A stretch of DNA of 60,254 nt, filler included, from Stramenopiles sp. TOSAG23-2 (GCA_900128395.1; 4 parts of 4 records of this genome joined end to end with filler, not necessarily neighbours in it); one strand, 5' to 3'. Numbered from the whole stretch's first letter, positions 12,846 to 23,599 are shown. Notes: generated by a model from the sequence alone, not told the origin. Made by a program: numbers and translations.

Positions 12846-13436
12846 ATGGAGGGAGGTAAACGTGGTATATTAACATTAAGTGATACTAAAATATTAGTAA
12901 ATGAACTTAATTATAATATTTCATTACCAAATAATGATGGACGAAATGTTTTACATGAAGCTAGTATTGGTGGATATTTATCTATTGTACGTTTTCTGAT
13001 TGAAGACTTTCACATGGATGTATGTGCAATAGATGGTAGTACTAACGGTAAATCTGTTACATATTTAAGTGCATTTTATGGTAAAATTGATGTGGTAAAA
13101 TATTTATTGGAAAAAGGTGGTGATTTGAATGATAAAAAGGAAGGTATTGTGGATGGATTGGGGGATCATTATGGAGTAGATTTTCGTGGGGAAAGTGTGG
13201 CTTTGAGTGGAAGGAATCGCACAGATGGGGATGCATCAGCTATTGGTGATTTATTAAAAACAAACAATACATTAAAAAAATTGTACCTAGGTCTGAATAA
13301 TATTACTGATGTACAAAGTATTGGTGAAGGATTAAAAACAAACTTAAATGCTATACAACAATATAAAAAAGATGGATCAAACGGGTATCAAACAAGTGAA
13401 AGAGATGAAAATAGAGACAAAAAAAATTATTTTTAA
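12846..13436 (+). CDS. Ankyrin-repeat plus RI-like leucine-rich-repeat protein, probably truncated
   Basis: Ankyrin repeats GRNVLHEASIGGYLSIVRFLIE and SAFYGKIDVVKYLLEKGGD; LRR AIGDLLKTNNTLKKLYLGLNNITDVQSIGEGLKTN breaks off after ~1.5 repeats. Confidence 0.7.
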   Translation: MEGGKRGILTLSDTKILVNELNYNISLPNNDGRNVLHEASIGGYLSIVRFLIEDFHMDVCAIDGSTNGKSVTYLSAFYGKIDVVKYLLEKGGDLNDKKEGIVDGLGDHYGVDFRGESVALSGRNRTDGDASAIGDLLKTNNTLKKLYLGLNNITDVQSIGEGLKTNLNAIQQYKKDGSNGYQTSERDENRDKKNYF

Positions 13437-13542
13437 TACATACGTGCAATGTTTGTACTTGTATAATGGTGTAAGAATACTATAACATCCCCAATTATAT
13501 CTTATATCTTATATCTTATTATAATATACATGCTATCCCGGC

Positions 13543-13831
13543 AGATTATTAAATCGGAGCCAATGGGACCGAAAATATTAGCATAGGAATAGCATTATAT
13601 TAGAGTTGAAGAGTAGGGTTCAAGCGGAACGAAATTTTATCAAACAATGCCGATTATGGATATTATTAACTTACAAATATCCGATTTTAGTTTGTAAAAT
13701 GGCATATCAATTTCATTATTTATTTAAAAACATAATATAATGAAAATCACAAAATCCTTTTTTAAAATTCATTTTTTGATAAAATTATACGTTCCGATTG
13801 ATTTCGGTCCCATAGGCCCGATTTAGAATCT
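13543..13831. mobile_element. MITE-like element with long imperfect terminal inverted repeats
   Basis: agattattaaatcggagccaatgggaccgaaaat (13543-13576) is the imperfect inverse of atttcggtcccataggcccgatttagaatct (13801-13831); a second inverted pair cggaacg..attttatcaaa lies inside. Confidence 0.7.
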
Positions 13832-14278
13832 ATATATATTAATATATAAGTGCATTATATCGAGTATATACACCATTGGATATTGTGGACTGTGGACATT
13901 GTGTGTGGATATATATTTTGATGGAAATATTTGATAGACGTAATATTTAGTATATTAATAAGTACGAAGTGGATCAATTAATATACTAATACTATATACT
14001 ATATACTATATACTTTTTCGTTACTCGACGACGAATTGCAGCATTGCAGCAGGTTGTTGTTATGACAAAATATTACATATATATATATTAATATATAATC
14101 TCAATAAGAATCAGTGTACACATCCACGTGTTTGCAAATATATAAATGTATATATATATATATATGTGATTGCGATTATAGATTAAACTATATAATTCAA
14201 CGAATCGTTGTACTTGAAATATTTATATTCTCCAGGAAATAATTACATTTGTGTCTGTATATATATAATTTCATTACA

Positions 14279-14686
14279 ATGATACCGTCACAACAACATG
14301 ATAATAATAATACCAACAATGTAATGTATGATACTATCATAAAACAATGGAAAGAAGTAGAATATGCAAAAAAAGAGGAAAAACATAGTATTGATACCAA
14401 CAATGACAACAATATAGACGACGACGATGATGATAATGATAAATACATACGTGTAAAAATATCATGTGATTTTAGTAAACGAGATCATTTAAAATATACG
14501 AATAAAAATGATGATCATCAAAGTAGAAATAATAATAAAAAAAAATATAATGGGGCTGTGTCCCACATGAGATTTTTTTTAAAGAATAAGAGAGGAATTT
14601 TAGTTTTTAAAAAGTTAAAAGTCGTGCTACAAAACATCGTTTTTAATAAAATACGAGTCGTAATTTTTACGGTTCGTACGAAGTAA
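14279..14686 (+). CDS. Hypothetical Asn/Asp-rich ORF, possibly interrupted near 14550
   Basis: Coding-like composition (MIPSQQHDNNN...) that turns into non-coding-like repeat sequence. Confidence 0.3.
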   Translation: MIPSQQHDNNNTNNVMYDTIIKQWKEVEYAKKEEKHSIDTNNDNNIDDDDDDNDKYIRVKISCDFSKRDHLKYTNKNDDHQSRNNNKKKYNGAVSHMRFFLKNKRGILVFKKLKVVLQNIVFNKIRVVIFTVRTK

Positions 14687-14806
14687 ATATTTTCACAAAA
14701 TTTAATGATAATACAAAGCTTCGTACCAACTTCCGACAATTTATCTCATGTACATATTTTTAAAAAAAAAGAACTTTCATATCTCATATATCTTAGGTCC
14801 TTATAT

Positions 14807-15013
14807 TCACAATCCCAATGCTTTTAAAAAAACACTTGCCATTAATTTGTAACCATTATCATCTGGGTGGCATTGATCGCATTGCCATATTTGATCATCC
14901 TCGCAATAATATTGACATGGTTGAAATTTCGTTGTTAATGTACATTTTAAGGGAAAGGTGCGTTTCCAATTATCAATCGTTCCACCCATATTTTCATAAA
15001 TATTAATAATACT
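14807..15013 (-). CDS. C-terminal fragment of an SGNH/GDSL-type hydrolase, cut at the scaffold end
   Basis: IINIYENMGG...DQCHPDDNGYKLMA resembles the DxxHPxxxGY block V motif. Confidence 0.55.
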   Translation of the reverse strand, partial: SIINIYENMGGTIDNWKRTFPLKCTLTTKFQPCQYYCEDDQIWQCDQCHPDDNGYKLMASVFLKALGL

Positions 15014-15016
15014 TCA

Positions 15017-15116
15017 NNNNNNNNNNNNNNNNNNNNNNNNNNNNNNNNNNNNNNNNNNNNTTAATTAATTAANNNNNNNNNNNNNNNNNNNNNNNNNNNN
15101 NNNNNNNNNNNNNNNN
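15017..15116. other. Artificial scaffold junction (N run with TTAATTAATTAA six-frame stop linker)
   Basis: Same 100-nt structure at three positions. Confidence 0.97.
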
Positions 15117-15575
15117 TAAGTGAAGGTTGTGTCTATGTTAAATCTTTTTTTCCTTCCTTTTTTTTCTTTTTTCCCCCTTTTTCCCTTTTTTTTCCCGCTT
15201 CGCGCCCCCCTTTTACACTGGCCAAAGCCGGCCCAGGGCAGGCCCAGCAGGCCTGGGCAGGCCCAAGGAGCGTAGCGAGGTTTATTATTTTTTTTATTAT
15301 TTATTAGTCTATAGATATTACAGGTATACCAGTAGTTATAATAAAATAATAATAATAAATAATAATAAATAATAAATAAAGAATAATAAACTGGGGAGCT
15401 TATATATAATTATAATATTATAATAACAATTTTTCTTCAAGACACTTTTACCATTTATTTCTTCCAATATAATAACATATATATTTTAGATTTTAGCTAA
15501 TCACCTTATGTCGCAAATAAAACGGCTGTTTAAGTTCATCTTCTTAGAGTTTTGTGTCATAGTAAGACTATCAAA

Positions 15576-16607
15576 ATGAATGCACTTAATGTTGCAGTCT
15601 TTATCATATTGATAGCAATAGTGGTTCATAAACACAGTAATGTAGTCGTCTATGGAGCAAACATACCAAATTCCATTAGAAGCTACAATAACAATTATAA
15701 AAATCTTAATGCAAAAGCGATGGAAGATGCACTGGAACATGTTGGAATTTCACCACAAGTTTCTTCCTCTCTAATTAATGGCAATAGCAATAGTAACAAT
15801 AACAACAAAGATGTTAATGAACTGTTACGTTTTTCCAAGGCTAAAGGCATTGAGTTCAATAGATTTGGTTTAGAAGGCGGTGGTAACTGTTTTGGTTTGG
15901 TTCCTAAATTATGCCACCCGTGCACCATGGAGGAGGACAATAGGGCAGGAATAGACAACTGCAATTCCGTCCGAGCTTCATGTAATCATTTGTTTTGCGA
16001 ACCTTTATGTTTAAAAACAGAAATTGACTGCAAAGTATCTGGCGTTCCTGCGCCCTTTGAGGAGATAAATCAACCAGCTACTTCCGATGCTTTGTGTAGA
16101 ATATTGGAAGCACATCAATGTGTTAAAGCAGGTTGTTGTAACAGTGACGATAAACTGCAAAATTATGTGGAAGAGGCAACTGTCGGTGCGCTATTTCCCA
16201 AAATGGCAATCACAATCGAAGCTTGCAATCATAACCCAGCCGATAAAAAGGCTTCCGCAGCTTTATGTGGTGAATGTAAAGCTGCTATTGCAGGGAAAAT
16301 AAAAGCTAAAGTCTACCCAAAAGCATTAGTTTGCAATCCATTAGAAGCATATGTATCAGAACATGCACAAGATCCTGATTGTACTTGGGGGGAACGATGG
16401 TGTCCCCGAAATTACGGATTTGGTTTTCCAGGCGTCCACCCACATAAATCATTGAAGGAGGATTGCGAAGAGTTAAATAATAAACTGAAAGGAAGTTTAC
16501 CTGGTGTAACTGCAAGTTTTGCAGCCACCACGGCGTGCAACTGTTTAGGATGTTGTACACCTTTTGAAAAATGTCCATTTCCAACAACAAATACCATTCG
16601 CATATAA
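15576..16607 (+). CDS. Secreted cysteine-rich protein of unknown function
   Basis: ATG at 15576 gives signal peptide MNALNVAVFIILIAIVV; a pro-like region with RF motifs precedes a mature part with more than 20 Cys. Confidence 0.8.
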   Translation: MNALNVAVFIILIAIVVHKHSNVVVYGANIPNSIRSYNNNYKNLNAKAMEDALEHVGISPQVSSSLINGNSNSNNNNKDVNELLRFSKAKGIEFNRFGLEGGGNCFGLVPKLCHPCTMEEDNRAGIDNCNSVRASCNHLFCEPLCLKTEIDCKVSGVPAPFEEINQPATSDALCRILEAHQCVKAGCCNSDDKLQNYVEEATVGALFPKMAITIEACNHNPADKKASAALCGECKAAIAGKIKAKVYPKALVCNPLEAYVSEHAQDPDCTWGERWCPRNYGFGFPGVHPHKSLKEDCEELNNKLKGSLPGVTASFAATTACNCLGCCTPFEKCPFPTTNTIRI

Positions 16608-16830
16608 TAAAGCAGAATGCGCGCATAAAAATATACGAGTATTTTATATATTAATTAAATTAAATTAAATAAATGTACGCACATATTATATTTTAAATTA
16701 AAAAATCAATTAATGCGTAAACTTTTAAATATTTTATAAATACGATATTTAATTTAAAATTAAAATTAATTTAAAAATATAAAAAATATTTAAAATATAT
16801 ATATATAAGAGAATTTTTTATATGCATTTG

Positions 16831-17613
16831 TTATCCACGTTTTTTCCGTCGATTGCTACCAATATCATCATTCAATAAATCATCAATATCATTTCCACCA
16901 CGTCGACTTTTTCTATTATTACTAACTTTTTTCACCCCCCTTTTACCATGTTTTTCAAATTGTTTTGCCATCATTTGTCTATCATAATCACGTTTTTTCT
17001 TTAGCTTGTCTTGTATTTCTGCATTTGTATCTTCAGAAGTTACATCAAAATCAGTATGACGATGAACATATTTACCATGTCCTTTCTGAGTATCTTCCTC
17101 GAATTTTTTCTTTAGTTTCCCTTGCCGTTGACGATGTTCACTTGCTTGCAATAATTCTAAGGATTCTCGCTCTTCTCGTGTCATATCTTTTTTATGCAAA
17201 CCTTCTGTAAGTTCCCGTCTTCGAGTCGCTTTTGCACTTTCCCCCTTGTAAGCTATAGATTTCATTTTCACTCCAACTTTTTTTAACTCTCTTGCAGTAT
17301 GTGTTTTTGTTTTCATCATTCCTTTTATCCATATATTCCACGTTTTATCATCCATTTGACTGTACCTCCTATTTCGCAAAATAGCCTTCACAAATTCATC
17401 TTGTTCCAACGCATTATTTCTATCCATATCCAATTCCTTGAAAAATTCCTTAGCAGCATCTGCACTATTTTTGTTTAAATGCGTCTCTAAAGTTAAAAAC
17501 TCATCAAACGTTACTACTCCATTGCCATTACGGTCAATATGTTTAAATAATTTTCGCAATTGTGAATGACGATCGTTGCCACCATCAAATAAGCAATCTA
17601 ATATGATTCCCAT
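16831..17613 (-). CDS. EF-hand calcium-binding protein with possible N-terminal dual acylation
   Basis: EF loops DRNGNGVVTFDEF and DMDRNNALEQDEF; MG....C N-terminus; basic coiled tail. Confidence 0.85.
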   Translation of the reverse strand: MGIILDCLFDGGNDRHSQLRKLFKHIDRNGNGVVTFDEFLTLETHLNKNSADAAKEFFKELDMDRNNALEQDEFVKAILRNRRYSQMDDKTWNIWIKGMMKTKTHTARELKKVGVKMKSIAYKGESAKATRRRELTEGLHKKDMTREERESLELLQASEHRQRQGKLKKKFEEDTQKGHGKYVHRHTDFDVTSEDTNAEIQDKLKKKRDYDRQMMAKQFEKHGKRGVKKVSNNRKSRRGGNDIDDLLNDDIGSNRRKKRG

Positions 17614-18230
17614 TATTCATATAATACAATCTTGATAGTCGACAAAACGGTCTAACCCCTAATAAACTTTATATTTCCTCTATCCTGGCGCTATTATATA
17701 CGATACTACTTATGTAATGGTTCTGTTACAAGTATTATTATATATCTATTTAGTAGTAGCTATTAAGCTGGCTTAATAATAACAGTATTCTGGTATATTA
17801 TTACAAGGGTAGTACCATAGGTATGCTGGTACTACATGAACTATTAGCATCTAATATTTATTTGCTTCTTCTCTGGGCTCTTGGCACGGACTGATGATGT
17901 ACTCTGGCAAGCTGGCAAGCCGCAAGCCCAGCAAGCCAGCATAGAGGCTAGCCAGGCTAGACGACGACTAACCAGCTAACAACCAGCTAACTTTACTAGC
18001 CAGGGAGCTAGCCTGGCTAGCTACTTAATAAACTCTATCATCATCCTATCATATCTGGCATCTCTGGCTATGCCAGTATGGTATTATTAATAATTTTTTT
18101 TATATAATAGTAAGAAACTTAATAAAACAATCGTGGACGTATGTACTGAACAAAGTTTATATATGCGGCACGTGGTTCATCACTTTACGTTCCTCTTCCT
18201 ACAATAGTTTAAGAAAGCACTAGAAAAAGA

Positions 18231-18869
18231 ATGAAATGTATATACAGCCAACCACACAGTTACACTAGAAAGGCATTATTGTTAAATAAATATTGTTTTA
18301 GGACATTGTATAGTTACGTTTTTATTCTGCTTATATTTTTACTAACTTATAGTATTCATAACATTAGCTTTGTATTATGTATTGAGGATCCCGGCGATCC
18401 ATCTTTGATTGATTGTGATCGCCATGGATTATGTATGAAAATAGCGCATATGTCGAAGAGAGAGGCAGCTTTGTGCGATCAACAGCATGATTGTATAACA
18501 CCATTTAAACCCGATTGTGCAAATGATCAAAAATTATCGAATGACTATTACTGTAATGCTGCAGATTGTATTGAAATAGAAGCTTTAGTGAAAACAAATG
18601 AAAAAGATTGCGGAAAATGGTTTGCAAGAAGCAATTTAACCCCAGACGATCGATTAAATACATATATATCAAATCCAACAAGTGATGTTCTTGGGCAGGC
18701 AAGTAAAAGGATCGGAAAAGAAAGACTTGGGCAAATATGGTATCATGCTGCAAATGGATTTAGACCTCCACTTCAAAAAGGTTCAAATTTTGCAAAAAAT
18801 GTGCAACAACATTTTAGTAATGGAATGAATCAAGTGTCTAATCTTTTTGGCAATCTAAGACGTATATAA
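18231..18869 (+). CDS. Secreted or membrane-anchored Cys-rich hypothetical protein
   Basis: Hydrophobic N-terminal segment followed by an 8-9 Cys domain. Confidence 0.65.
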   Translation: MKCIYSQPHSYTRKALLLNKYCFRTLYSYVFILLIFLLTYSIHNISFVLCIEDPGDPSLIDCDRHGLCMKIAHMSKREAALCDQQHDCITPFKPDCANDQKLSNDYYCNAADCIEIEALVKTNEKDCGKWFARSNLTPDDRLNTYISNPTSDVLGQASKRIGKERLGQIWYHAANGFRPPLQKGSNFAKNVQQHFSNGMNQVSNLFGNLRRI

Positions 18870-19488
18870 AATTATTATTTTTTAGAATCTCTACCGTCTA
18901 CACCACTGTTGTAATTTATTTTAACAATATACGAGAAACAATTTTTATATGTGGAAAAATATTCCCGGTTTATCTGAGTGTGAGGGAGCTTCCAAGGGAC
19001 AAATAAAATTGTATTATACTAATAAGTACAAATTACACATATTTTACTATCAAACCTCGTGCATTATAATTCCTATAGTTCCTGATCTAGATCTTGCAAA
19101 AATTATGAAGTTGTTTTTTTGGAAAATAATTATTAGAATTTTTATTTGTGGACATTTTTTTTATTTTATTTTATAATCAAATACAAAAGAGAATCTTTGT
19201 TTTAATCCAAGGAAGATTCCAAATCTCTGGTCTAAGTACGGAGTAGTCGTGTAAAGTTAAATTATATGTGCGTGTGTGTGATGTATAATATAAAAAAGTC
19301 CTAGCTCAAAAAACCGAGTCATCATTCTATGCATATATCAATGATATAAGGTACATGTGTGTACATCATATATTACTAATACGCGCGTATAAAACGTATA
19401 TTTTAATTTTTTACGTATTTCACACACTAGCACACTACATATCCCTTCCTATAAGTGAAAAAGAAAAAAAATTGCAAAGAGATTGATA

Positions 19489-20385
19489 TTATATTTTTCG
19501 GTGTATAAAAACCGTCGCATGTCCCCAACTCATTGGATGGCTTTCATGTTCTAAAACTTTCCAATTTTCAGATGGTAATTTTCTAGTAAACGTGATAAAA
19601 AATGTTCCAGAAGGGCACGATTCAGAATTTTCAGCTAATTTTTTCATCAAGTTATCATCAAAGCATGTTGAATTTGCAAAAATGCAAGTTGCATCTGACC
19701 AATCTAACAAAGTTGCATCACCTTTAGTGAACGTTACTTTGGTTTTGGCTTTTTTATCAGAAAGCAATGGAACAATCTTTTCTTCCCATACTGCTTGAAT
19801 TTGTAAAGATATTTTAAACAATCCATCTAGTATTTCAATTCCTTTCACTTCATCAAAATCATGCAATAAAGCAGCTGCTAATGCTGGTTTCCCTGTTCCA
19901 CTACCAATATCGTAAAAGATTCCACCGCTATCTTGCAATCCCCCATATTTGTTTATAACTTTTTCCATTGCGACTGCAAATGAATTAAATGATATTTCGC
20001 CATATACTAATGTTCCACGTTGATCGTTTTTTTCCAAACGTTCGTTTGTAGATGCATTTTTACCAACTTTTGTAGGGTGATCTTTAACTAAAAGTTCATA
20101 AAGTTTAAAACGTTTTGGTATGGATTCAAGTGTTAATTTACCTAATTCATGATACGTAGCAATTGTTACATCATCGTTTTTATTACCGCTGTTGTTATCA
20201 TCAGTACTATTATTGACTTCTCCGTTCGCTTCGTCTTCCTTATTTCTTTGATTTTCAATGTTATTCATTTTCATCTTCATAGATAGTGTTGCTATTTCAT
20301 TAGTAGTACTTAAGTCAGGTTTTAATTCTTCATTATTATTATTATTATTATTAGCAATATCTTGATTGTTTATAATTGCAGACAT
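19489..20385 (-). CDS. DOT1-like class I SAM-dependent methyltransferase
   Basis: YGEISF, FYDIGSGTGK, GIEIL, GDAT and FANSTCFD motifs. Confidence 0.85.
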   Translation of the reverse strand: MSAIINNQDIANNNNNNNEELKPDLSTTNEIATLSMKMKMNNIENQRNKEDEANGEVNNSTDDNNSGNKNDDVTIATYHELGKLTLESIPKRFKLYELLVKDHPTKVGKNASTNERLEKNDQRGTLVYGEISFNSFAVAMEKVINKYGGLQDSGGIFYDIGSGTGKPALAAALLHDFDEVKGIEILDGLFKISLQIQAVWEEKIVPLLSDKKAKTKVTFTKGDATLLDWSDATCIFANSTCFDDNLMKKLAENSESCPSGTFFITFTRKLPSENWKVLEHESHPMSWGHATVFIHRKI

Positions 20386-21054
20386 ACTATATATATGTGT
20401 GTGTGTGTGTGTGCCTGTTTTGTCTTATTTACAGTCTATTGCTCCAAAAGTTGAAAAAATCCTAAATTGTTTCTATAATTTCAACATGTATCTATCTATC
20501 TATTTTTTCTTAATAATTGAAATAATTCTAGAATATAATATTGATATAACAACAAGATATTATAGTTTGGCCACCACACCACACCACCACCCAGACCACA
20601 GTTGGCTGCTTTTTTTAGAGCTCCTCTCTAGCTTTTTTTGCCATCATCCAGTTTGGTGCTTTTATTATTAAATTTATACGAGAATTATATAGTACTGTAC
20701 TGTACTAGTAGTCGTCTACTCAAGTTAATCTGGCTGGTATATTATAGTATACGGGATTTTATAGTTAGAAAAAAAGAAAAAAAGGAGGTAATGAGGAGGG
20801 AGATAAGGAGTACATCTGTACAAAACGAGGCGCCAGTATGTGACATAGCATGGCCCTAATAAAAGCAGGCGGGCTGGTCTGGTGGCGAGATACATACAGT
20901 ACTGTACAGCACTCTACGCGTACTTGGTACAATTTTTTTTTTTTATTTATAATATGATACAAAATGATTTATACATGTATTTATATTTATAGACAACTAC
21001 ATACAGATTCAAAAGAAATACAAAAAAATTGAAGAGACTATATATATATATAGA

Positions 21055-22344
21055 ATGACGCAATTATACTCATTATTATCTTACTATTTTAGATCTGTTC
21101 TATACTGTATTGTTATCAATATCATACTTTCAATACAATTAATAGATTGTGCATTGCCACCAGAAGATGAACAATATATAAAAGATCGTACCTTTGCTGC
21201 CATTAGTTTAAAAAATTTACAAGGACGTTTTGTATTTGATGGGGAGCAATATGATCCTGTATGTAATTGCAAGCCCCCTGTCCCTGATCATAGTAAAAAG
21301 TGTTACCCGTCGAAAGTAACTATAACGAAAAAAGCACCATTTCCAGGAGCGTTAATACCTGGACGCCTTATTATAGATGGGAATAATTTAAGGAAACTAA
21401 TAGGGGATCCTATGGATTTAAAAATGGCCAATAAATATAAACATTTTGGATCTGATATAGATGGACGTTCGTCTGATGAAATATTTGGTGTATGGGGTGG
21501 TGAATTTGGGCAAATGATTTTAATGCTCGCAGTCATGGAAAAGGAGAATTTAGCTAAATTAGGAGTGCCGTTGAATCCAGCACAGGTATCTATGGGAATT
21601 TTAAATTATATTAAAGTATGTGCTCATAAACGACAATATTTTTATTACCACACAGATACTGACGCTGCTGCATTTGTGGAAAATGAATTGGATGAAGGTG
21701 ATATTGATGTTACTAATCCTCCAGAAAAATATAAATCAAGGTTGATGAAAATTTTGATTAAACCTGAAAGTGTTGGTTGTCGCCATCTTAAAATGATCAT
21801 GTTACATCCGAAACAATATGAAACACGTAAAAGTTTAATCGAAGATGCTTTAAGAAATTTTTACAGATTATTGTGGGATGCGGGGAGTGAAGTGCGTGAC
21901 AAAATAAAATATTACGTATTGCATGCACCAAAAGTAAATGGGATGCCAAATGAAGTTGGTTGGGTCGATTTTAAGGTAGGGGATATATGTTCAGAAGAAG
22001 GTCTATTTCCTTTATTTCCACCATGGTCAAATGGCGTGTCTTTATATGTTAACCATCCACAAGTTGTTAAAACATTCCATCAAAATGTAGCGTTAGGGAT
22101 CAAATCTGCTTCAGGTGGTCTAGATGATTCTGGAGTTTTGCATAAGAAAGTTATTGAAATGTATGACAAGTGGGATGCAAAAACAAAAGAATTGTTACCA
22201 GAGTTATCAGGTCTGCCTGTATTCGAGGTTTTAATAGAATCTGATTACCCAGAAACTGAAGCTCCGGAAGCAGGAACAGAAGATGAAGATGCACCAGTGG
22301 ATAAAGATTTTTATAAAGTTGGGGCTTTAAAAAATGATAAATAA
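21055..22344 (+). CDS. Secreted protein with zeta/CDCA-type carbonic-anhydrase-like motifs
   Basis: Signal peptide; (D)IDGR...GGEFG, YYHTD and GCRHL motifs in CA-like order. Confidence 0.55.
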   Translation: MTQLYSLLSYYFRSVLYCIVINIILSIQLIDCALPPEDEQYIKDRTFAAISLKNLQGRFVFDGEQYDPVCNCKPPVPDHSKKCYPSKVTITKKAPFPGALIPGRLIIDGNNLRKLIGDPMDLKMANKYKHFGSDIDGRSSDEIFGVWGGEFGQMILMLAVMEKENLAKLGVPLNPAQVSMGILNYIKVCAHKRQYFYYHTDTDAAAFVENELDEGDIDVTNPPEKYKSRLMKILIKPESVGCRHLKMIMLHPKQYETRKSLIEDALRNFYRLLWDAGSEVRDKIKYYVLHAPKVNGMPNEVGWVDFKVGDICSEEGLFPLFPPWSNGVSLYVNHPQVVKTFHQNVALGIKSASGGLDDSGVLHKKVIEMYDKWDAKTKELLPELSGLPVFEVLIESDYPETEAPEAGTEDEDAPVDKDFYKVGALKNDK

Positions 22345-22772
22345 CAAGAGGATACGGATCTTTCCAGCAAGCTGGAAATCTCAGCTGCGAAGACTCTGCG
22401 CTTGCCAGAGTAACAAGAGGAGGTGCAGAGGATAGTGGTGTATTCATATATATACAAATGATGTTTAAAATCTAAAGAGTTATAATAATTTTTCTTTCCG
22501 TGGAAAATAATACGCTCAATATACTCAATCTCAGGAATAATATATAATGTTAATTGTATCATATTACGAACTTCGTACGTAATTCGGTATTTTATATATA
22601 TTTTACTATATATATATATATATCAATATATATCATATTATATCAAATATATTATACGTGTCGCACGCATCATTATAAATATTTATTTTCGTACGAACAA
22701 TATATTCACTAGACATAAAACAAAACACACTCTATCTAAATGTCAATATAATATACGTACTTCGTATTATTT

Positions 22773-23162
22773 TTATTTATTGTTTTTCCTTTTAATTTTC
22801 TTTCGTAACTTCCTCAATTTATGTTTATTCATTTTCTTTTTTCTTTTTTTCAAAACGGAGCCGAATGTACGAACCTGCTGCAGGCGATGTGATACTTGCT
22901 TCTGCTGCGTAATACTTTCACGAAATAACCTATGACTATCATTGTTAATCGTACTATAATTATGTTTGGAAAATGTATGAAAAGTAAAGTTGTGCTTATT
23001 ATTATTATTGTGATTATTATTATATCTTACATAGGTATTCAGATGATTAGGAACCTTTTTACATTGCTGAACTGTACGTATAATATTTAGATAACGCAAC
23101 GCGTTGGGACCGTTTGCTTTTGATATTGCACGGGGCATCATCATTTTTCCTTTGCAAAGCAT
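22773..23162 (-). CDS. Mitochondrial small ribosomal subunit protein mS38 (COX24/AURKAIP1 C-terminal, DUF1713)
   Basis: Presequence-like N-terminus and C-terminal SVLKKRKKKMNKHKLRKLRKK. Confidence 0.8.
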   Translation of the reverse strand: MLCKGKMMMPRAISKANGPNALRYLNIIRTVQQCKKVPNHLNTYVRYNNNHNNNNKHNFTFHTFSKHNYSTINNDSHRLFRESITQQKQVSHRLQQVRTFGSVLKKRKKKMNKHKLRKLRKKIKRKNNK

Positions 23163-23599
23163 GCTCTGTGTGTGAATATATATATATATTATAATTATGA
23201 TGTATCAATTATTGCATGGTTTGTAATTTTTAACGATTTAAACGTTTTAAAATATTTTATATTTATATATTTATATTTATGGTTTAATAAAGATTGGTTG
23301 CATTGTTGGCGGGCCCAGCGGGCATCATCATGCACGTTGATTGCCAGATTGCCAGATTGCCAGATTGCTACTGCTGTACAGTACCAGGTATAATAATAAA
23401 ACTGGCCAGCTGGTAAATCCCCAACGAGTAATAATAACAAAGGCATTGTAATCAGTCGATTCCCTTAAATAGTTAATAAAACCATTTTAGTTGTACTATA
23501 TTACTGAATTTAAAAAAACAAAAGCGAATCCTTAAATGCGATAAATGCAAATTACCTTTCTTAGTAAATTTGTATAAGTAAATAGCAGGTATTATATTA

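Noticed and set aside
15061-15072. TTAATTAATTAA palindrome inside N runs (also at 30154 and 45245)
   Set aside because: Artificial six-frame-stop linker joining scaffolds; gene neighbourhoods across it are meaningless
22342-22413. Alternative genetic code (TAA as Gln)
   Set aside because: Conserved genes throughout the window end at TAA and have no in-frame TAA/TAG
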